DNA of 64,000 bases from an uncultured Chloroflexia bacterium (GTDB lineage Bacteria > Chloroflexota > Dehalococcoidia > GIF9 > AB-539-J10), in contig CAVSBM010000008.1 in the NCBI GenBank assembly GCA_963726175.1, positions 26,153-90,152 on the forward strand. Direction: 5' to 3'. Below, in pieces: positions 10,987 through 21,328 of this stretch. Within the stretch, counting starts at the first letter, position 1; every line of letters starts with the position of its first letter. The notes below the pieces were generated by a model. The model searched no databases. It had not been told where the DNA came from and saw only the letters and a program-made list of their open reading frames with translations. The position numbers and the translations under genes were made by a program.

Positions 10987-12296
10987 GTGGAGCGCAAAAC
11001 GACACGACCACGCCTTGTTCAGGCAATGATGGACATATGGGCATTGCCTGATTTGCGGCGAAGGATTCTTTTCACCATCGGCATGCTTGTCGTTTTTCGC
11101 TTTATATCTCACGTTCCCTTGCCCGGCGTGAACCTCACGAATTTGCGCGCGTACTTTGGAACAAACTCCCTCCTCGGCATGCTTAACCTTTTTACTGGTG
11201 GTGCTATGGAGAGGTTTAGTGTGGCTGCCCTGGGCGTTTATCCTTACATCACTGCATCCATAGTTATGCAATTGCTGGTCCCGGTAATCCCCAGCCTTCA
11301 AGCTATATCTCAGGAGGGGGAACTTGGTCAACAGAGAATCAATCGAATTACTCACTTAGCAACAATACCGTTGGCTGCTCTGCAAAGCTATGCTATGATT
11401 GCCTTGTTACGTTCCCAGTGGAGTCACTCAAGCCCTTGTCCCACTGACCATAGCCAACATAATAATAACAATGATTGCTAGCACGATGTTCCTGGTATGG
11501 CTAGGCGAATTGATTACCGAGCGTGGTGTTGGGAACGGGATATCGATGATAATCTTTGGTGGTATCGTGGTTGACCTACCTCAGATAGTGGGTCGTGGCT
11601 ATGTTGTTGCTCAAGGCGGAAATCCTATGGGGTTGATCGCTTACATTATTCTAACCTTAGCTATGATACTGCTTATAGTCGTATTTATTGAAGCTCATCG
11701 CCGTATTCCTGTGCAGTATGCTCGGAGCACTTTTCGCAGTGGCCGCATGTATCGCCAATCGGGGGCAACCTACATCCCTCTGCGAGTCAATACTGCGGGA
11801 ATGATACCACTCATTTTCGCCATTGCCTTAATGCAACTTCCCGGTACGATAGCTACATATTTCATGAACCCAACCAGCCATGGAGACTCCGAATTTCTGG
11901 AATACAATCTACAATATGTTTCGGTCTAGTACTGTGATCTACCAGGGGTTGTATTTTGCCTTGGTAATCGGCTTCACTTTATTCTACACTATGGTCATAT
12001 TCGAGCAAATGAACCTGCCTCAGACTTTGCAGCAGCAAGGTGGCTTCGTCCCTGGAGTTCGGCCCGGCAAGGCAACGGCTGACTACTTGAATGGAATCAT
12101 CAGGCGTATTACCTTTGGGGGCGCCATCTTTTTGGCTGTGGTGGCAATTCTGCCCTTTATTGCTGAAAAAAGTACGGGCGTTGATCTGGCGATTCGGAGC
12201 ACCGCTCTGCTCATAGCTGTCGGCGTGGCTCTAGATACCATGAAACAACTGGAGGCCCAGCTAACCATGCGCCGCTACGAGGGTTTCCTGAAATAA
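10987..12296 (+). CDS. secY: preprotein translocase subunit SecY (two frame breaks)
   Basis: Three consecutive ORFs (10987-11481, 11399-11929, 11880-12296) together give a full-length SecY (..WLGELITERGVGNGISMIIFGGIV..). The breaks lie near 11413-11416 (CCC run) and within 11868-11900, and both are +1. Confidence 0.9.
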
Positions 12297-12299
12297 ATA

Positions 12300-12956
12300 A
12301 TGTACATCATCATGCTAGGTGCTCCGGGGGCAGGGAAGGGAACTCAGGCAGATATTCTCTCTCAGGAGTTGAATTTACCTCACATAGCCTCCGGGGATTT
12401 GTTTCGGCAGGCGTTAGAAAAAAGAACCGAAATTGGTCTCCTGGCGAAGAGCTATATGGATAAAGGAGAACTGGTTCCTGATGAGATAACCATAAAAATG
12501 ATTCTGGAGAGAATTAGCCAGGCGGACTGTGCCTCTGGCTGCCTCTTCGACGGCTTTCCCCGGACTTTGCAGCAAGCTAAAACCCTGGACAAAGCTTTTG
12601 AGGAGCAGGGAAGAACCATAGACAAAGCAGTATACATTGAAGTGCCCAATGAGGAACTGGTGAAACGCCTCAGTGGGAGATGGCTTTGCCGGTCTTGTCA
12701 GGCACCCTATCATATAACGAATTCCCCGCCTAAGACACCGGGAAAATGTGATAGGTGCGGTGGTGAATTGTATCAACGTCCTGATGATAAAGAGGAAACA
12801 GTAAAGGAGCGACTTAATGTTTTCCTTGCTCAAACTGTTCCCATACTTGATTATTACAGAAAACAAGGTAAACTAGTTAGGGTGGATGGTAACCGGGGAA
12901 TGGAGGGGGTGGCTAGGGGCATAGTCTCTGCACTAAGAGCACCCATGTCACGCTGA
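12300..12956 (+). CDS. adk: adenylate kinase (zinc-lid type)
   Basis: P-loop GAPGAGKGTQ; lid CRSC...CDRCGG. Confidence 0.95.
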   Translation: MYIIMLGAPGAGKGTQADILSQELNLPHIASGDLFRQALEKRTEIGLLAKSYMDKGELVPDEITIKMILERISQADCASGCLFDGFPRTLQQAKTLDKAFEEQGRTIDKAVYIEVPNEELVKRLSGRWLCRSCQAPYHITNSPPKTPGKCDRCGGELYQRPDDKEETVKERLNVFLAQTVPILDYYRKQGKLVRVDGNRGMEGVARGIVSALRAPMSR

Positions 12957-13035
12957 GAGGAGCGAAGGGTCTCCGAGATTCTCTGGTCGCCGCGCTCCCT
13001 TAGAATGATATTGGAAACAAGCAGGGATAGAATAA

Positions 13036-13773
13036 ATGGTGATTATAAAGTCTGACGAGGAAATGGCTATTATGAGGAAGTGTGGCAAAATCCTCGCTAC
13101 TATTCTAGATAGATTGAGACTGGAGGTAAGACCGGGGATTAAGACTACCCAGTTGGACATGATCATGGCTGAAGAATCCCAAAAGAGGGGAGCTACGCCT
13201 TCTTTTAAGAACTATCGTGGCTTCCCTGCGAATTTATGTGTTTCCGTAAATGATGAGATAGTCCACGGCATTCCTGGTGAGCGGATACTGGAGGAAGGTG
13301 ACATTGTTTCTTTAGATGTTGGAGCAAAACTCAACGGATTTCATACCGATGCTGCCATAACCGTTGGCGCGGGGCGGATAACCAAGGAGGCCGAAGACCT
13401 TATCGCGGTCGCAGAAGGTAGTCTAAAGTCGGGCGTCGCTCAAGCTATAGGCGGAGCATGGGTAGGGGACATCTCGTCTGCCATTCAACATTATGTTGAA
13501 TCAAGAGGATTTTCCGTCGTTAGAGAATATACCGGACATGGAGTAGGTCGGGACTTGCATGAAGAGCCCCAGGTGCCTAATTTTATGGTTGGCAAAGGTC
13601 CTTTGCTTCGCAAAGGTATGACTCTGGCTATTGAGCCTATGGTTAATGCTGGAGATTGGCACACCAAACTGGCGGCGAATCAGTGGACGGTGCTGACAGT
13701 CGATGGAAGCCTTTCAGCACATTTCGAACACACCATTGCCATAACCGATGGAGAGGCTGAGATACTTGTTTAG
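13036..13773 (+). CDS. map: methionine aminopeptidase type I
   Basis: 245-aa ORF with a pita-bread fold signature (..FHTDAAITV.., ..HGVGRDLHEEP.., ..HFEHT..). Confidence 0.94.
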   Translation: MVIIKSDEEMAIMRKCGKILATILDRLRLEVRPGIKTTQLDMIMAEESQKRGATPSFKNYRGFPANLCVSVNDEIVHGIPGERILEEGDIVSLDVGAKLNGFHTDAAITVGAGRITKEAEDLIAVAEGSLKSGVAQAIGGAWVGDISSAIQHYVESRGFSVVREYTGHGVGRDLHEEPQVPNFMVGKGPLLRKGMTLAIEPMVNAGDWHTKLAANQWTVLTVDGSLSAHFEHTIAITDGEAEILV

Positions 13774-13787
13774 ATAATACTTAAGAA

Positions 13788-14006
13788 ATGGCTAAGAGAG
13801 AGAGAATAGAGGTCGAAGGCAAGGTGATTACAGTCTTACCCAACACAATGTTTCGCGTAGAATTGGCCAACGGACATCAGGTATTGGCTCATATCTCGGG
13901 CAAGATGAGAAAGCACTACATCAAGATTCTGCCTGGCGACAGAGTTCTTGTAGAACTATCCCCGTACGACTTAAGCCGTGGCAGAGTTACCTATCGACTT
14001 AAATAG
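13788..14006 (+). CDS. infA: translation initiation factor IF-1
   Basis: 72-aa S1-like ORF (..[22 protein letters not shown]..). Confidence 0.96.
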   Translation: MAKRERIEVEGKVITVLPNTMFRVELANGHQVLAHISGKMRKHYIKILPGDRVLVELSPYDLSRGRVTYRLK

Positions 14007-14066
14007 TTTGACAGGTTAAGTAAGACAGTTTATTATAACGGGTTTGTTTTTGAATGGTGATTGGAA

Positions 14067-14180
14067 ATGAAAGTAAGAGCTTCGGTTAAGCCGATATGCA
14101 GAAAATGCAAGGTTATCAGGCGGGAGGGTGTGGTTAGGGTTATTTGTGAGAATCCAAAGCATAAGCAGAGGCAGGGGTAA
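14067..14180 (+). CDS. rpmJ: 50S ribosomal protein L36
   Basis: Absent from the ORF track. ATG 14067 and TAA 14178-14180 give [37 protein letters not shown]. Confidence 0.93.
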   Translation: MKVRASVKPICRKCKVIRREGVVRVICENPKHKQRQG

Positions 14181-14186
14181 TAAACA

Positions 14187-14577
14187 ATGGCACGTATCGC
14201 TGGTGTAGACCTTCCTAAAGAGAAGCCAATTTGGGTAGGTTTGCAGAGCATTTATGGCATCGGTGCTGCATCAAGCAAGCGCATCATGGCTGCCACTGGT
14301 ATCAGCCCTGGCATTAGGGTGAAAGAACTTAGCTGAGGAACAAGTTGGCCAGATTCGAGATGTTCTGGACAGACAATACAAAGTGGAAGGTGATCTCAGG
14401 AGGGAGATTCAATCTAATATAAAGCGGCTTATTGAAATTGGCTGCTATCGAGGCACAAGACACCGCATGAGGTTACCAGTCCATGGACAAAGAACGCGCA
14501 CGAACGCCCGAACTAAAAAAGGGCCAAAGAAGACAGTGGCTGGTAGAGGCCAAAAGCGTGGTATATCTAAGAAGTAA
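14187..14577 (+). CDS. rpsM: 30S ribosomal protein S13 (one frame break)
   Basis: ATG 14187 reads [26 protein letters not shown]...VKELS, then TGA at 14334-14336. The +1 frame continues [11 protein letters not shown]...RGISKK (track ORF 14383-14577). An extra T near 14334 explains the break. Confidence 0.9.
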
Positions 14578-14594
14578 GGAGATAGTTTTAACAA

Positions 14595-14969
14595 ATGCCA
14601 AAGAAGAAAAAAGCCCATAAGAAGGTTAGCGAAGGCAAAGCTTACATCCAATCTACCTTTAATAATACTGTTGTTACTATTACTGATATGGAAGGTAATG
14701 TTATTGCCTGGGGGAGTTCTGGTACTGCCGGATTCAAGGGTTCCAGGAAAGGAACCCCTTATGCTGCCCAAATAGCTGCCAGAGATGCAGCACACCGGGC
14801 AATGGGTGATGGCTTGCACCGAGTCGAGGTGTATATTAAGGGCCCTGGTAGTGGACGAGAAGCAGCCATTCGCGCCTTACAGGCCACGGGCATTACCGTT
14901 ACAGCTATCAGAGATGTGACTCCTATCCCCCATGATGGCTGTCGTCCGAAAGGGAGGCGAAGAGTATAA
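14595..14969 (+). CDS. rpsK: 30S ribosomal protein S11
   Basis: 124-aa ORF (..[16 protein letters not shown]..). Confidence 0.95.
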   Translation: MPKKKKAHKKVSEGKAYIQSTFNNTVVTITDMEGNVIAWGSSGTAGFKGSRKGTPYAAQIAARDAAHRAMGDGLHRVEVYIKGPGSGREAAIRALQATGITVTAIRDVTPIPHDGCRPKGRRRV

Positions 14970-14970
14970 G

Positions 14971-15621
14971 ATGGCGCGCTATACAGGCCCGGTGTGTCGC
15001 CTATGTCGCCGTTTTGGGGACAAGCTGATGCTCAAAGGCGAGAAGTGTGCTACACCTAAGTGTCCTTTAGAGAAAAGGAATACTCCTCCTGGCGGGCGTC
15101 CTCCATCTCGAGGGCGCGGCGGAGCTCGAGGGCGCGGTGGGATTTCCGACCGCGGACTTCAATTGGGCGAAAAGCAAAAGCTTCGCTTTAGCTATGGTGT
15201 CCTGGAGCGACAATTTCGCAGGTTTTTTAACGAGGCCAAAAAAAGCCCCGGCGCTACTGGAGAAACCCTTCTCATATTGCTGGAAAGGAGACTGGATAAC
15301 GTGGTTTATCGCTTGGGCTTTGCTGATTCACATGCCCAAGCCAGGCAAATAGTCCGGCATGGCCATATAATGGTCAATGGTCGCAGGACAGATATTCCTT
15401 CCTTTCTCGTGAAATCGGGGGATGTCATCAAATGGTGCGAAGCCAGTAAAAAAACTGAATACTATAAAAGATTAGCTGAAGAAATTGAGGAGAAGTTTAT
15501 CCCTAACTGGTTAAGCTTGGAAAAAGAGAGCATGACAGGTAAGGTGTTGAACCTACCAGGGAAGGATGATGTTGGAGCCAAGTTTAACGTCAAAGCTGTT
15601 GTTGAATACTACTCGAGGTGA
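14971..15621 (+). CDS. rpsD: 30S ribosomal protein S4 (with RGG-type insertion)
   Basis: Track ORF is 14932-15621. ATG 14971 gives [16 protein letters not shown].... An extra [12 protein letters not shown] segment is encoded by an 18-nt tandem duplication. Confidence 0.93.
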   Translation: MARYTGPVCRLCRRFGDKLMLKGEKCATPKCPLEKRNTPPGGRPPSRGRGGARGRGGISDRGLQLGEKQKLRFSYGVLERQFRRFFNEAKKSPGATGETLLILLERRLDNVVYRLGFADSHAQARQIVRHGHIMVNGRRTDIPSFLVKSGDVIKWCEASKKTEYYKRLAEEIEEKFIPNWLSLEKESMTGKVLNLPGKDDVGAKFNVKAVVEYYSR

Positions 15622-15624
15622 GTC

Positions 15625-16545
15625 ATGCCCGAATTATCTATCCCCGCTGTAACTTGTGCCGAAAGCAGTGTTGATTACTCTCGTTTTCTTGCTGAACCTG
15701 TAGAGCCTGGTTTTGGCGTCACCTTAGGGAATACCTTAAGGCGTGTGCTGCTCAGTTCTTTGCCTGGTGCGGCAGTAACCTGGGTCAAGATCGAAGGAAT
15801 TCAGCATGAATTCTCTCCTATTCCCCATGTCAAGGAAGATGTTATGGAGTTCTTGCTGAATGTGAAGCAACTGAGGCTCTGCCCTCTCTCACGTCAGCCC
15901 GGGCAGTTGTTATTGGAGGTAGAGAGGGAAGGCAAGGTCTGTGCAGCGGATATTAAGCCTTCGGCTGACTTTCGTATTGCCAATCCTGAGCTTTATTTAG
16001 CTTCTTTGGATTCCTCCAAAGCCAGGCTTTGCGTTGAACTTAACGTAGAGCTAGGGAGAGGTTATATGCCAGCTAAGTCAGCTGACGGGTTACCTGTGGG
16101 AGCACTGCCGGTAGATGCCATCTTCACCCCAGTGCGGAAAGTCAATTATTCTGTTGAACCTATCAGGCCTGGTCAGGAGGGAAGTCCAGAGAAGCTCATC
16201 CTGGAGATTTGGACTGATTCTACGATTTTTCCCTGGGAGGCACTCAGTCAAAGTGCCAACATCTTAACTAGTCAGTTCTCTTCCTTCAGGGACTTTGAGG
16301 TTCCCATGGCTAGAGCGCTGCCCATTTTACCCGAGGAGTATGATACCCCTCTGGAAGAACTAAACCTGTCAACTCGTTCCTATAACAGTTTGAGAAGAGC
16401 GGGTATTTTCACTTTGGGGCAATTACTGGAGAAGGGCAGGGAAGGTTTGCCGCCATTGCCTGGTTTGGGGGCGAAATCTCGAGCTGAAGTGGAAGAGTTA
16501 ATGGCAAAATTCGGCTCTCCTGTTTCTGAGAAGGAAAAAGAATGA
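15625..16545 (+). CDS. rpoA: DNA-directed RNA polymerase subunit alpha
   Basis: 306-aa ORF with N-terminal ..[18 protein letters not shown].. and a C-terminal helix-hairpin-helix ([16 protein letters not shown]). Confidence 0.95.
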   Translation: MPELSIPAVTCAESSVDYSRFLAEPVEPGFGVTLGNTLRRVLLSSLPGAAVTWVKIEGIQHEFSPIPHVKEDVMEFLLNVKQLRLCPLSRQPGQLLLEVEREGKVCAADIKPSADFRIANPELYLASLDSSKARLCVELNVELGRGYMPAKSADGLPVGALPVDAIFTPVRKVNYSVEPIRPGQEGSPEKLILEIWTDSTIFPWEALSQSANILTSQFSSFRDFEVPMARALPILPEEYDTPLEELNLSTRSYNSLRRAGIFTLGQLLEKGREGLPPLPGLGAKSRAEVEELMAKFGSPVSEKEKE

Positions 16546-16895
16546 GACACAAGGTAGCAGGACGAGACTTGAGTAGGGCGACAGGGCACAGATTGGCGTT
16601 ATACCGAAATCAGGTTACTGCGCTCCTGGATCACGAAAAAATCACAACTACTGAAGCCAAAGCCAAAGAAGTTCGCAGTCTAGCGGAAAAGATGATCACT
16701 TTGGCCAAAAACGGCAACCTTGCCTCAAGGCGAGAAGCCTTAGCCTTTATTTTTGATAAGAGAGTAGTTGACAAGCTATTTGCGGAAATTGCTCCAAGCT
16801 ATGCTGACCGTAGCGGGGGTTATACAAGGTTGCTAAAGTTGGGACCTCGCCCCGGTGATAGCGCGCCAATGGTTCAAATTGAATTGGTCAAGTAA
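16542..16895 (+). CDS. rplQ: 50S ribosomal protein L17
   Basis: 117-aa ORF ([17 protein letters not shown]...). Confidence 0.95.
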   Translation: MRHKVAGRDLSRATGHRLALYRNQVTALLDHEKITTTEAKAKEVRSLAEKMITLAKNGNLASRREALAFIFDKRVVDKLFAEIAPSYADRSGGYTRLLKLGPRPGDSAPMVQIELVK

Positions 16896-17641
16896 GTTCA
16901 TTTTGCTCATTGAATATGACGGTACCCAGTATTATGGCTTTCAGTGGCAAGCTGGTTTGCCTACCATTCAAAATGAGCTTGAGCAAGCTATAGGGCGATT
17001 TTGCGGGCAAAGCAGCCGGGTTATAGCAGCTAGCAGAACTGATACCGGTGTGCACGCCAAGGGACAAGTGGTGAGCTTCTGGGCCAAAGGTACATTGGAT
17101 ACTATGACGTTAGTTAGAGCTTTGAACTATCATTTACCTGGAGATATCGCAGTCAAGGCGGCTTACAGGGCTAGCGATGATTTTAGTGTCCGGCGTGATG
17201 CCCTGAGCCGGGAGTACCGTTATTACATTCTGAATAGCAATGCCCGCTCGCCGTTTAGTCGAAGATTTGCTTTGTTTGTGCCCAAAATGCTGGACATGCA
17301 GGCAATGAGTGAGGCCTGCCACCTTATCAAAGGTGAGCATGATTTTGCCTCCTTTGCCAGTTCTCTGGATGTCAGCAAGAGCACGCTGCGCAATGTTTAT
17401 GAAGCGGGAGTCGAGAAAAGAGGAGATTTCACCGTTTTCCGTATCGTGGCTAACTCCTTTCTGCCTCACCAGGTACGAAACACCGTAGGTCTTTTAATAA
17501 GGTTGGGTCTGAGCTAAGATAGGTATCGCACATTTTCGTGATATAATGGACGCCAGGACTGTGGGTTTGGCCGGTCCCCTTTCCCCTGCCTGTGGCTTAT
17601 GCCTCGAGAAGGTCAACTATCCTAAGCCTTTGGGGAGCTAG
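16855..17641 (+). CDS. truA: tRNA pseudouridine(38-40) synthase TruA (one frame break near 3' end)
   Basis: ORF 16855-17517 (..[16 protein letters not shown].., ..SRTDTGVHA..). The +1 frame continues [36 protein letters not shown].. to TAG 17639-17641. The break lies at about 17505-17514. The start is uncertain (ATG 16855 or TTG 16879). Confidence 0.85.
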
Positions 17642-17666
17642 CCTTATCCTGAATTTGTCGAAGGAA

Positions 17667-18155
17667 ATGAAGACTTATAGTACTAAAGCTAAAGATATCG
17701 AGCGGGAGTGGTGGGTGATTGATGCCGCTGATAAAATTCTGGGAAAAGTAGCGACAGAGGCAGCCAATTTGCTCATGGGCAAACATAAGCCCATTTATGC
17801 CCCCTACATTGATACTGGTGATTACGTTGTGGTAATCAATGCTGCCAAAGTACAGGTGACCGGGAACAAAGCCGAAGAAAAGATTTATTATAGATATACT
17901 GGGTACCCCGGCGGCTTGAAGAGCCCCAGCTTTAAGGAAGTATTTGGTAAAGACCCTGCCCGTGTGATTGAGCTTGCGGTCAAAGGGATGCTGCCTCATA
18001 ATAGTCTAGGCAGAGCTATGTTCAAAAAACTGAAGGTTTATCCTGGGGATGAGCATCCTCACCAGGCTCAGAATCCCCTCCCATCACCCTGGCAAAACGA
18101 AGGGCGCAGAATGACCAAGAACAAAGAAAGCGAAATATTGTCAAAGGAAAGGTGA
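17667..18155 (+). CDS. rplM: 50S ribosomal protein L13 (C-terminal extension)
   Basis: Track ORF is 17592-18155. ATG 17667 gives [20 protein letters not shown]..., a typical L13 start. About 30 extra C-terminal residues are present. Confidence 0.93.
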   Translation: MKTYSTKAKDIEREWWVIDAADKILGKVATEAANLLMGKHKPIYAPYIDTGDYVVVINAAKVQVTGNKAEEKIYYRYTGYPGGLKSPSFKEVFGKDPARVIELAVKGMLPHNSLGRAMFKKLKVYPGDEHPHQAQNPLPSPWQNEGRRMTKNKESEILSKER

Positions 18156-18161
18156 TGATTT

Positions 18162-18557
18162 ATGAGCGAGGAAAGTTACGTTTGGGGAACTGGTAAGCGC
18201 AAATGTGCGATAGCCCAAGCCAGGCTTTTCGCTGGGAAGGGAGAGATAATTGTCAATGATAGACCCTATCAGGAAGCTTTCCCTCGCATCGAACATCGCC
18301 GTATGATTGAGCATCCTTTGCAGGTTACCAATACTATGGGCAAATTTCGTGTCACGGTGAAAGTGAATGGCGGTGGCCTGAGTGGTCAGGCTGGAGCCAT
18401 TCGCCATGGCATTGCCCGGGCTCTGGTTAAAGAAAACGAGCTATTTAGGCCCATATTGCGTAAAGAAGGCTTGCTTACTAGGGATAGTAGAATCAAAGAG
18501 CGCAAGAAATACGGACTCAAGCGAGCTCGCAAGGCACCACAATATACCAAGCGGTAA
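18162..18557 (+). CDS. rpsI: 30S ribosomal protein S9
   Basis: 131-aa ORF ending ..KRARKAPQYTKR. Confidence 0.95.
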   Translation: MSEESYVWGTGKRKCAIAQARLFAGKGEIIVNDRPYQEAFPRIEHRRMIEHPLQVTNTMGKFRVTVKVNGGGLSGQAGAIRHGIARALVKENELFRPILRKEGLLTRDSRIKERKKYGLKRARKAPQYTKR

Positions 18558-18641
18558 TTGTGCTCCAACCTGTTGATTGAACAACGGGGTGCCGGCGTTT
18601 TCTGGATTTTCTCTAACCCCCATTTTGTGGGCATCGTGTTA

Positions 18642-18669
18642 TTGCTCCGGATCAGAGAACAGCTATAAT
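18642..18669 (+). promoter_or_regulatory. candidate sigma-70-type promoter for tRNA-Gln
   Basis: TTGCTC (18642-18647), a 16-nt spacer, then TATAAT (18664-18669). It ends 9 nt upstream of the tRNA 5' end. Confidence 0.4.
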
Positions 18670-18678
18670 GGAACATAC

Positions 18679-18752
18679 TGGGGATTAGTCTAGCGGTAGG
18701 ACAGCGGGCTCTGGACCCGTGAGGCCAGGTTCGAATCCTGGATCCCCAGCCA
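18679..18752 (+). tRNA. tRNA-Gln (anticodon CUG), CCA encoded
   Basis: Hand-folded. Acceptor TGGGGAT/ATCCCCA, anticodon stem GCGGG/CCCGT with loop CTCTGGA, T arm CCAGG-TTCGAAT-CCTGG, discriminator G then CCA. Confidence 0.85.
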
Positions 18753-18899
18753 GGCTACGTAATTTTATTACTGCAAATTAGCTAGAAGCACTCGCATTGT
18801 TCTATACTGACTGAGATTGGAGTTTGGTAGTCATATTACTCTCAAAGCCAGAGTCCGAGTCACCCCCGTTCCATTTTGGGTATCAGACAAACTGGACAA

Positions 18900-19427
18900 A
18901 TGTGGGAGTGCAGTGTGATTCGATATGCTCAGGCCGCTGATTTAGGTGCCATCTTAGATATCTACAATGATGCGATATTAAATACCGCATCAGTCTACTA
19001 CTATAAACCGCATACAATTGAAGACAGGTTATCTTGGTATGAGAGGAAAGTCAGAGATGGATTTCCAGTGCTTGTGTTCGAGGAGAACAACCATGTAATT
19101 GGGTTTGCAACGTTTGGGCCTTTTAGAGTTAGGCCGGCATATAAATATACAGTAGAACATTCAGTCTACGTCCACAAAGACCATAGAAGAAAAGGTGTTG
19201 GCACTAGACTTATGATGGACTTAATAAAGATTGCGAACGAAAGAGAGTGCGCTACAGTGGTTGCCGGGATTGACTCCAGCAATGAGGGCAGCAGGGTCAT
19301 GCACGAAAATTTGGGGTTTACCAACTGCGGCACTATCAAGAGAGTGGGATACAAGTTTGGCAAATGGCTTAACGTGACTTTTTATCAGTATGAACTTCGA
19401 GGGCCTACAACACCAAAGGAAGAATAG
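18900..19427 (+). CDS. GNAT-family N-acetyltransferase (phosphinothricin/methionine-sulfoximine acetyltransferase-like)
   Basis: Track ORF is 18876-19427. It contains ..IRYAQAADLGAILDIYNDAILNT.. and the acetyl-CoA motif HRRKGVGTRLM. The start is ATG 18900 or GTG 18915. Confidence 0.8.
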   Translation: MWECSVIRYAQAADLGAILDIYNDAILNTASVYYYKPHTIEDRLSWYERKVRDGFPVLVFEENNHVIGFATFGPFRVRPAYKYTVEHSVYVHKDHRRKGVGTRLMMDLIKIANERECATVVAGIDSSNEGSRVMHENLGFTNCGTIKRVGYKFGKWLNVTFYQYELRGPTTPKEE

Positions 19428-19476
19428 CATTCGCTGCTAGTCGGTAAGATGTATTAAGTATGGGACTACTTCTAGC

Positions 19477-19578
19477 TATAATCTCCATGGCTGGCAGGGA
19501 TTTTGTAAGCAGTTCACGCAATCTTGGTGCTGAGTCGGATTTGAGAAAGTGCGATATGTGTCCTGAGCACTCAGCCGG
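19477..19578 (+). repeat. islet-boundary repeat, copy A (~100 nt)
   Basis: TATAAT...GGCTGGC...CGCAATCT.GG...AGAAAGTGCGATATGTGTCCTG...CAGCC. It aligns with copies B and C. Confidence 0.6.
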
Positions 19579-19649
19579 GGAAGGTGATAAAATCACCTCA
19601 GACTGTTTTCTAATTGGCGTAAGAAATAGGAATAAGAAGAGGCAAAATC

Positions 19650-20066
19650 ATGAACTATAAATGGATGACGGCACCCTGCGGATTAGATTGTTTCAACTGT
19701 TTAATGTACCTGGCGAATGAGAATGAGGAGCTGAGAGCCAAAATTTCCAAGAACTTGGGCATCCCATTTGTGCAGGCGGTATGTAAAGGGTGTCGTGGGG
19801 AGGCTGGGAAACCAGATTTTCTTAACTGGACTGAACCCTGTAGTGTTTATAGGTGCGTCACCAAAAGAAACCTTGATTTTTGCTCTGAGTGTTCTGACTT
19901 TCCATGTGACAATCTTCACCCGTATGCAGATAGAGCATCCGAAGTGCCTCACAATACCAAAGTCTTTAATCTGTGTTTAATAAAGAAAATGGGCTTGGAA
20001 TCATGGGCAAAAACAAAAGCCAAAGATGTGAGGCATACATATTTCAAAGAAAAGTTCAAGCTGTAA
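19650..20066 (+). CDS. DUF3795-like cysteine-rich protein
   Basis: 138 aa with the pattern CGLDCFNC...CKGCR...C...C...CSECSDFPC, which I recognise as the DUF3795 arrangement. Confidence 0.6.
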   Translation: MNYKWMTAPCGLDCFNCLMYLANENEELRAKISKNLGIPFVQAVCKGCRGEAGKPDFLNWTEPCSVYRCVTKRNLDFCSECSDFPCDNLHPYADRASEVPHNTKVFNLCLIKKMGLESWAKTKAKDVRHTYFKEKFKL

Positions 20067-20167
20067 CAAGGCGCGCACGATTTCAACTATGAAGCCACAT
20101 CAGGAATTGTCCCGATAAGTCCTCGTAAACGAATCTGAGCCCTGTGTTGCCTGCTGTATTTCTGTTG

Positions 20168-20285
20168 TATAATAGTTACGGCCGCGGCGACAAGGAGCCC
20201 GACTTCCCAAATAGCTGGCGCAATCTCGGGACTAATTCTGGTCTTAGAAAGTTCGATATGTGTCCTGGATCCCCAGCCAGTGTGG
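20168..20285 (+). repeat. islet-boundary repeat, copy B, containing an exact 18-nt copy of the tRNA-Gln 3' end
   Basis: TCCTGGATCCCCAGCCAG at 20263-20280 is identical to 18736-18753. The flanks AAAGTTCGATATG and CCCAGCCAGTGTGG are shared with copy C. Confidence 0.8.
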
Positions 20286-20301
20286 ATTGCGCAAGAGAGT
20301 C

Positions 20302-21291
20302 ATGGACGCAGAAGATTTGTCATACGACGTTGATAGTCGGATCGATACAACCACTCTGAGCAAGAACCTCAGGAGAGTGAAGGTTAAGGGTGTTAGGGAG
20401 CGAGGAGAGAGGTTCTCTGCTAGTTTAAAGCTGGTAAACAATATGATGATTCTGCCGCGAGTGTTATTGAGTATCGGTCACCTCGGACGTGTGATGGCGT
20501 TTTACGAGACCAAAGCAGCTATATTGGCGACCCTGAGCCAAGAGAGAGAGGATGATTATCAAGAACAGTATCGGAGAGAGCTTGACGAACTGATGGAATC
20601 GCAGTTCTTGCCGAAGCAGGAAAAAATTATGGAACAGACGGAGGAGGGTGGTAAGCAGGCCTTTCTCGGTCTGCTGAATAAGGACGCTAATGTGGGGAAA
20701 ACATATGAGGCGATTCTTTACTCTGGCATCGTATGGACATGGTGCAGTTTTGAAGTGCTGACGAGGGAACTTTGGGAGTATGCCCTAAACGCCGGCGGCA
20801 GATACCTAGGCAAGACCGTCATAAGGAAATTGCCCTCCAAAAACGGAATAAGGGACAAGCTTCGAAGCAAATTCATAAGTCTTGATTATCTTGCTCAGCA
20901 TGACTATGACCTATCTAAAAGCCTGGGGACTGCTCTGGTGAACAAGTTTGATTTTACCTCGTGTAATGGAATCTCAGAAGCTTATTCGTGCGCATTCCCC
21001 AAAAGCGCCGATATCAAGAACGCTCTCAAAAATAAGAAGATAAGTGATCTCGAAGCCACAAGGAACGTCATAGTCCATAATGCAGGATTCATTGACGTCG
21101 CTTACTGTAAGAGGACAGCAGCAAGCGTAACCGACGTAGGGAAGAGACTCAAGTTGAGCAACCGCAGAGCATCCGAATACGGCAATGCTGCCATAGATGC
21201 TGGGCTCGCCATAATGCTTTCTGTATCCTCGAACTTGCTGTATGCAAAGGCAACTGCGCGGAAAACAGCGGCGAGTTCGTCAAGCGATTGA
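20302..21291 (+). CDS. hypothetical protein with HEPN-like Rx4H motif
   Basis: Track ORF is 20260-21291. Its first 14 codons lie inside repeat B, so ATG 20302 is the more plausible start. The C-terminal region has LEATRNVIVHNAG (R-x4-H), preceded by a WTWCSFEVLTRELWEYAL helix, as seen in several HEPN families. Confidence 0.4.
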   Translation: MDAEDLSYDVDSRIDTTTLSKNLRRVKVKGVRERGERFSASLKLVNNMMILPRVLLSIGHLGRVMAFYETKAAILATLSQEREDDYQEQYRRELDELMESQFLPKQEKIMEQTEEGGKQAFLGLLNKDANVGKTYEAILYSGIVWTWCSFEVLTRELWEYALNAGGRYLGKTVIRKLPSKNGIRDKLRSKFISLDYLAQHDYDLSKSLGTALVNKFDFTSCNGISEAYSCAFPKSADIKNALKNKKISDLEATRNVIVHNAGFIDVAYCKRTAASVTDVGKRLKLSNRRASEYGNAAIDAGLAIMLSVSSNLLYAKATARKTAASSSSD

Positions 21292-21328
21292 GAGATAGCG
21301 GCAGTCGCGGAGTTAGCAAGTTAGCTGA

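Noticed and set aside
18915-18945. A possible fourth copy of the islet repeat core (TTCGATATGCT) at the 5' end of the GNAT gene.
   Set aside because: Only an 11-nt match is present. Spacing to the nearest TATA-like box differs (about 117 nt against about 77 nt), and the flanks do not align. I treated it as a possible coincidence.
19460-19660. Short ORFs over the islet repeats (19460-19660 and 20144-20359 plus strand; 19405-19596 and 21337-21528 minus strand), whose translations look similar (..RNLG..S.LRK.DMCP.., ..LRELL.K.L..).
   Set aside because: The similarity comes from the DNA repeat. The copies differ by indels not divisible by three. Copy C has no start codon and runs into tRNA-Glu, and copy B has stops on the minus strand.
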